Shown here: positions 24,280 through 25,301 of the stretch, in pieces
Layout of the letters: each line of letters begins with the position of its first letter
How positions within the stretch are numbered: position 1 is the first letter of the stretch
Virus record (IMG/VR): IMGVR_UViG_3300033067_000635
Span: 1 to 25,301 of that record
Direction: 5' to 3' (one strand)
Source of the DNA: a virus
Lineage: Duplodnaviria > Caudoviricetes
DNA: 25,301 nucleotides
Made by a program: the position numbers and the translations under genes
Notes under the pieces: generated by a model
What the model saw: only the letters and a program-made list of their open reading frames with translations
The model's database searches: none
Told to the model about the DNA's origin: nothing

Positions 24280-25166
24280 AGATTACTGGACCACTTAACC
24301 GCAGGATGACTAACGAAGAGGCTAGGAACCTGCTTGACCAGCTTATCCAGAAGGTTGACCCCATGACAGGCAAGGCTGCTGACCTGATACCTGTCGCGTC
24401 AACCGTAGAGGAGGCTGTAAAGCGAATACCTAAACCAGGCCAGATTGTAGGCTTATCCACTGGCTACGCCGACATCGACAAGATGACAGGCGGTCTAGCC
24501 CCTGGAGAGGTTTCAGTCTGGTACGGCGGTACCTCAACAGGTAAGTCACAGCTTACCCAGAACATCGCCTTGAATATGGCGCAGGCAGGCATACCAATGC
24601 TGATGTTGCCACTAGAGATGGGCGTATACCTCAACACCGCTAGGTTGATGACCCTTTGGGGCCCCGACAATGCCTACGAATTCGCAAAGCTCCCCATCTA
24701 TTACCCTGACACTAAGAGGATGGATGTTACCACCTTAGCTAACACGGTAAGGGACGGGGTAGACAAACTAGGTATAAGGGCAGTTGTGGTAGACCAACTT
24801 CAACAGCTAGTACCTAGAACTGGGGCAAACCTAGTAGAGGCTATCAGCTCAACAACCGATGAGCTACACAAGATAGCCGATGAGAGTCAGGTACATATCC
24901 TGCTAATCTCACACATTAACCGCACTGGCGATCCAGGCACCGCCCCCAAGCTCTCTGAGCTGAAGGGCTCCGGGTCGATAGAACAGGATGCTGACATATG
25001 TGTTGGACTATACAGGGACACCGAGGATGACGCACCAGAGAAGGGATACCGTTCCCCGCTGATGCTACACCTCACCAAGAATAGAAACCGTGGGACCGAG
25101 AACTACAAGGCATCGCTTGGGTTTGAAGGGATGCGGTTGGTAAGTAGAACCTTGAAATTACAGTAG
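24273..25166 (+). CDS. DnaB-like (SF4) replicative helicase, essentially the C-terminal ATPase domain
   Basis: GLSTGY.DID..TGGL, Walker A GGTSTGKS, LEM, Walker B VVVDQLQ, LISHINR, LKGSGSIEQDAD and KNRNRG. Confidence 0.93.
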   Translation: MLEITGPLNRRMTNEEARNLLDQLIQKVDPMTGKAADLIPVASTVEEAVKRIPKPGQIVGLSTGYADIDKMTGGLAPGEVSVWYGGTSTGKSQLTQNIALNMAQAGIPMLMLPLEMGVYLNTARLMTLWGPDNAYEFAKLPIYYPDTKRMDVTTLANTVRDGVDKLGIRAVVVDQLQQLVPRTGANLVEAISSTTDELHKIADESQVHILLISHINRTGDPGTAPKLSELKGSGSIEQDADICVGLYRDTEDDAPEKGYRSPLMLHLTKNRNRGTENYKASLGFEGMRLVSRTLKLQ

Positions 25167-25301
25167 ATAAATAAGCGGAGAGCACACACTCTAAGCACGT
25201 TCGTAATGCTAAAAACAAAAACATACTGGGTGCCGTCAGCCCAGACAGTGACGGTCAAATGGCTCTGCTCTTACGTGGTTAGCAGCAGCCCAGTAGCCAA
25301 C

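Larger units (their letters stand above)
1..25301 (+). mobile_element. Segment of a tailed dsDNA bacteriophage/prophage genome (head, glycosylation, tail tip, lysis, control, replication modules)
   Basis: Co-oriented, tightly packed genes with TAATG/ATGA overlaps. Recognisable major capsid, Dit/hub tail proteins, CHAP endolysin, holin, O-like initiator and DnaB-like helicase. No host housekeeping genes. Confidence 0.97.

Noticed and set aside
660-25078. The many minus-strand and nested ORFs of the track (e.g. 660-1226, 3710-4078, 13187-13531, 21670-21852, 24887-25078)
   Set aside because: They are shadows of well-supported genes, with no RBS or promoter and no recognisable motifs.
25164-25301. 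Stop-codon reassignment or read-through (the helicase frame stays open after TAG)
   Set aside because: GroES, capsid, RmlB and GT-B end at natural lengths on TAG, and other genes end on TGA. Code 11 gives dense, unbroken genes.
1-25301. CRISPR array, tRNA/rRNA genes, integrase/att site, IS element
   Set aside because: No regularly spaced repeats, cloverleaf with T-loop consensus, recombinase or transposase ORF was found by eye. Lifestyle (temperate or lytic) cannot be settled from this window.

Overview
The whole window is part of a tailed dsDNA phage or prophage genome, read in genetic code 11 with almost all genes on the + strand. Left to right it holds: a 5'-truncated large internal/ejection-type virion protein; a hidden 49-aa antisense membrane-peptide gene; a phage GroES, scaffold and N4-gp56-type major capsid protein; a five-gene sugar-nucleotide/glycosyltransferase cassette (RmlB-like, 2 GT-A, UDP-sugar dehydrogenase, GT-B); fibre/spike and tail-tip genes with no recognisable tail tube; a lysis module (membrane protein, CHAP endolysin with an internal start, holin); two convergent accessory genes; a ~460-bp control region; and a replication operon (SSB-like, lambda-O-like initiator with internal iterons, DnaB-like helicase). 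The most striking unannotated signals are three. (1) A terminator/anti-terminator RNA switch with its own antisense promoter lies in front of the replication operon, and no repressor gene is in view. (2) A non-sigma70 late-promoter motif CYAACA-N17/18-(C/A)A(T/C)A(C/A)T-N(1-3)-ARRGTA-like occurs five times, three of them driving apparently leaderless mRNAs. (3) One of these promoters restarts transcription into the glycosylation cassette from inside the capsid-gene terminator, which suggests late virion glycosylation. The host is uncertain. A CHAP lysin with no spanins points to a monoderm or CPR-like host (inference). All family assignments come from motif recognition by eye, not from database searches.
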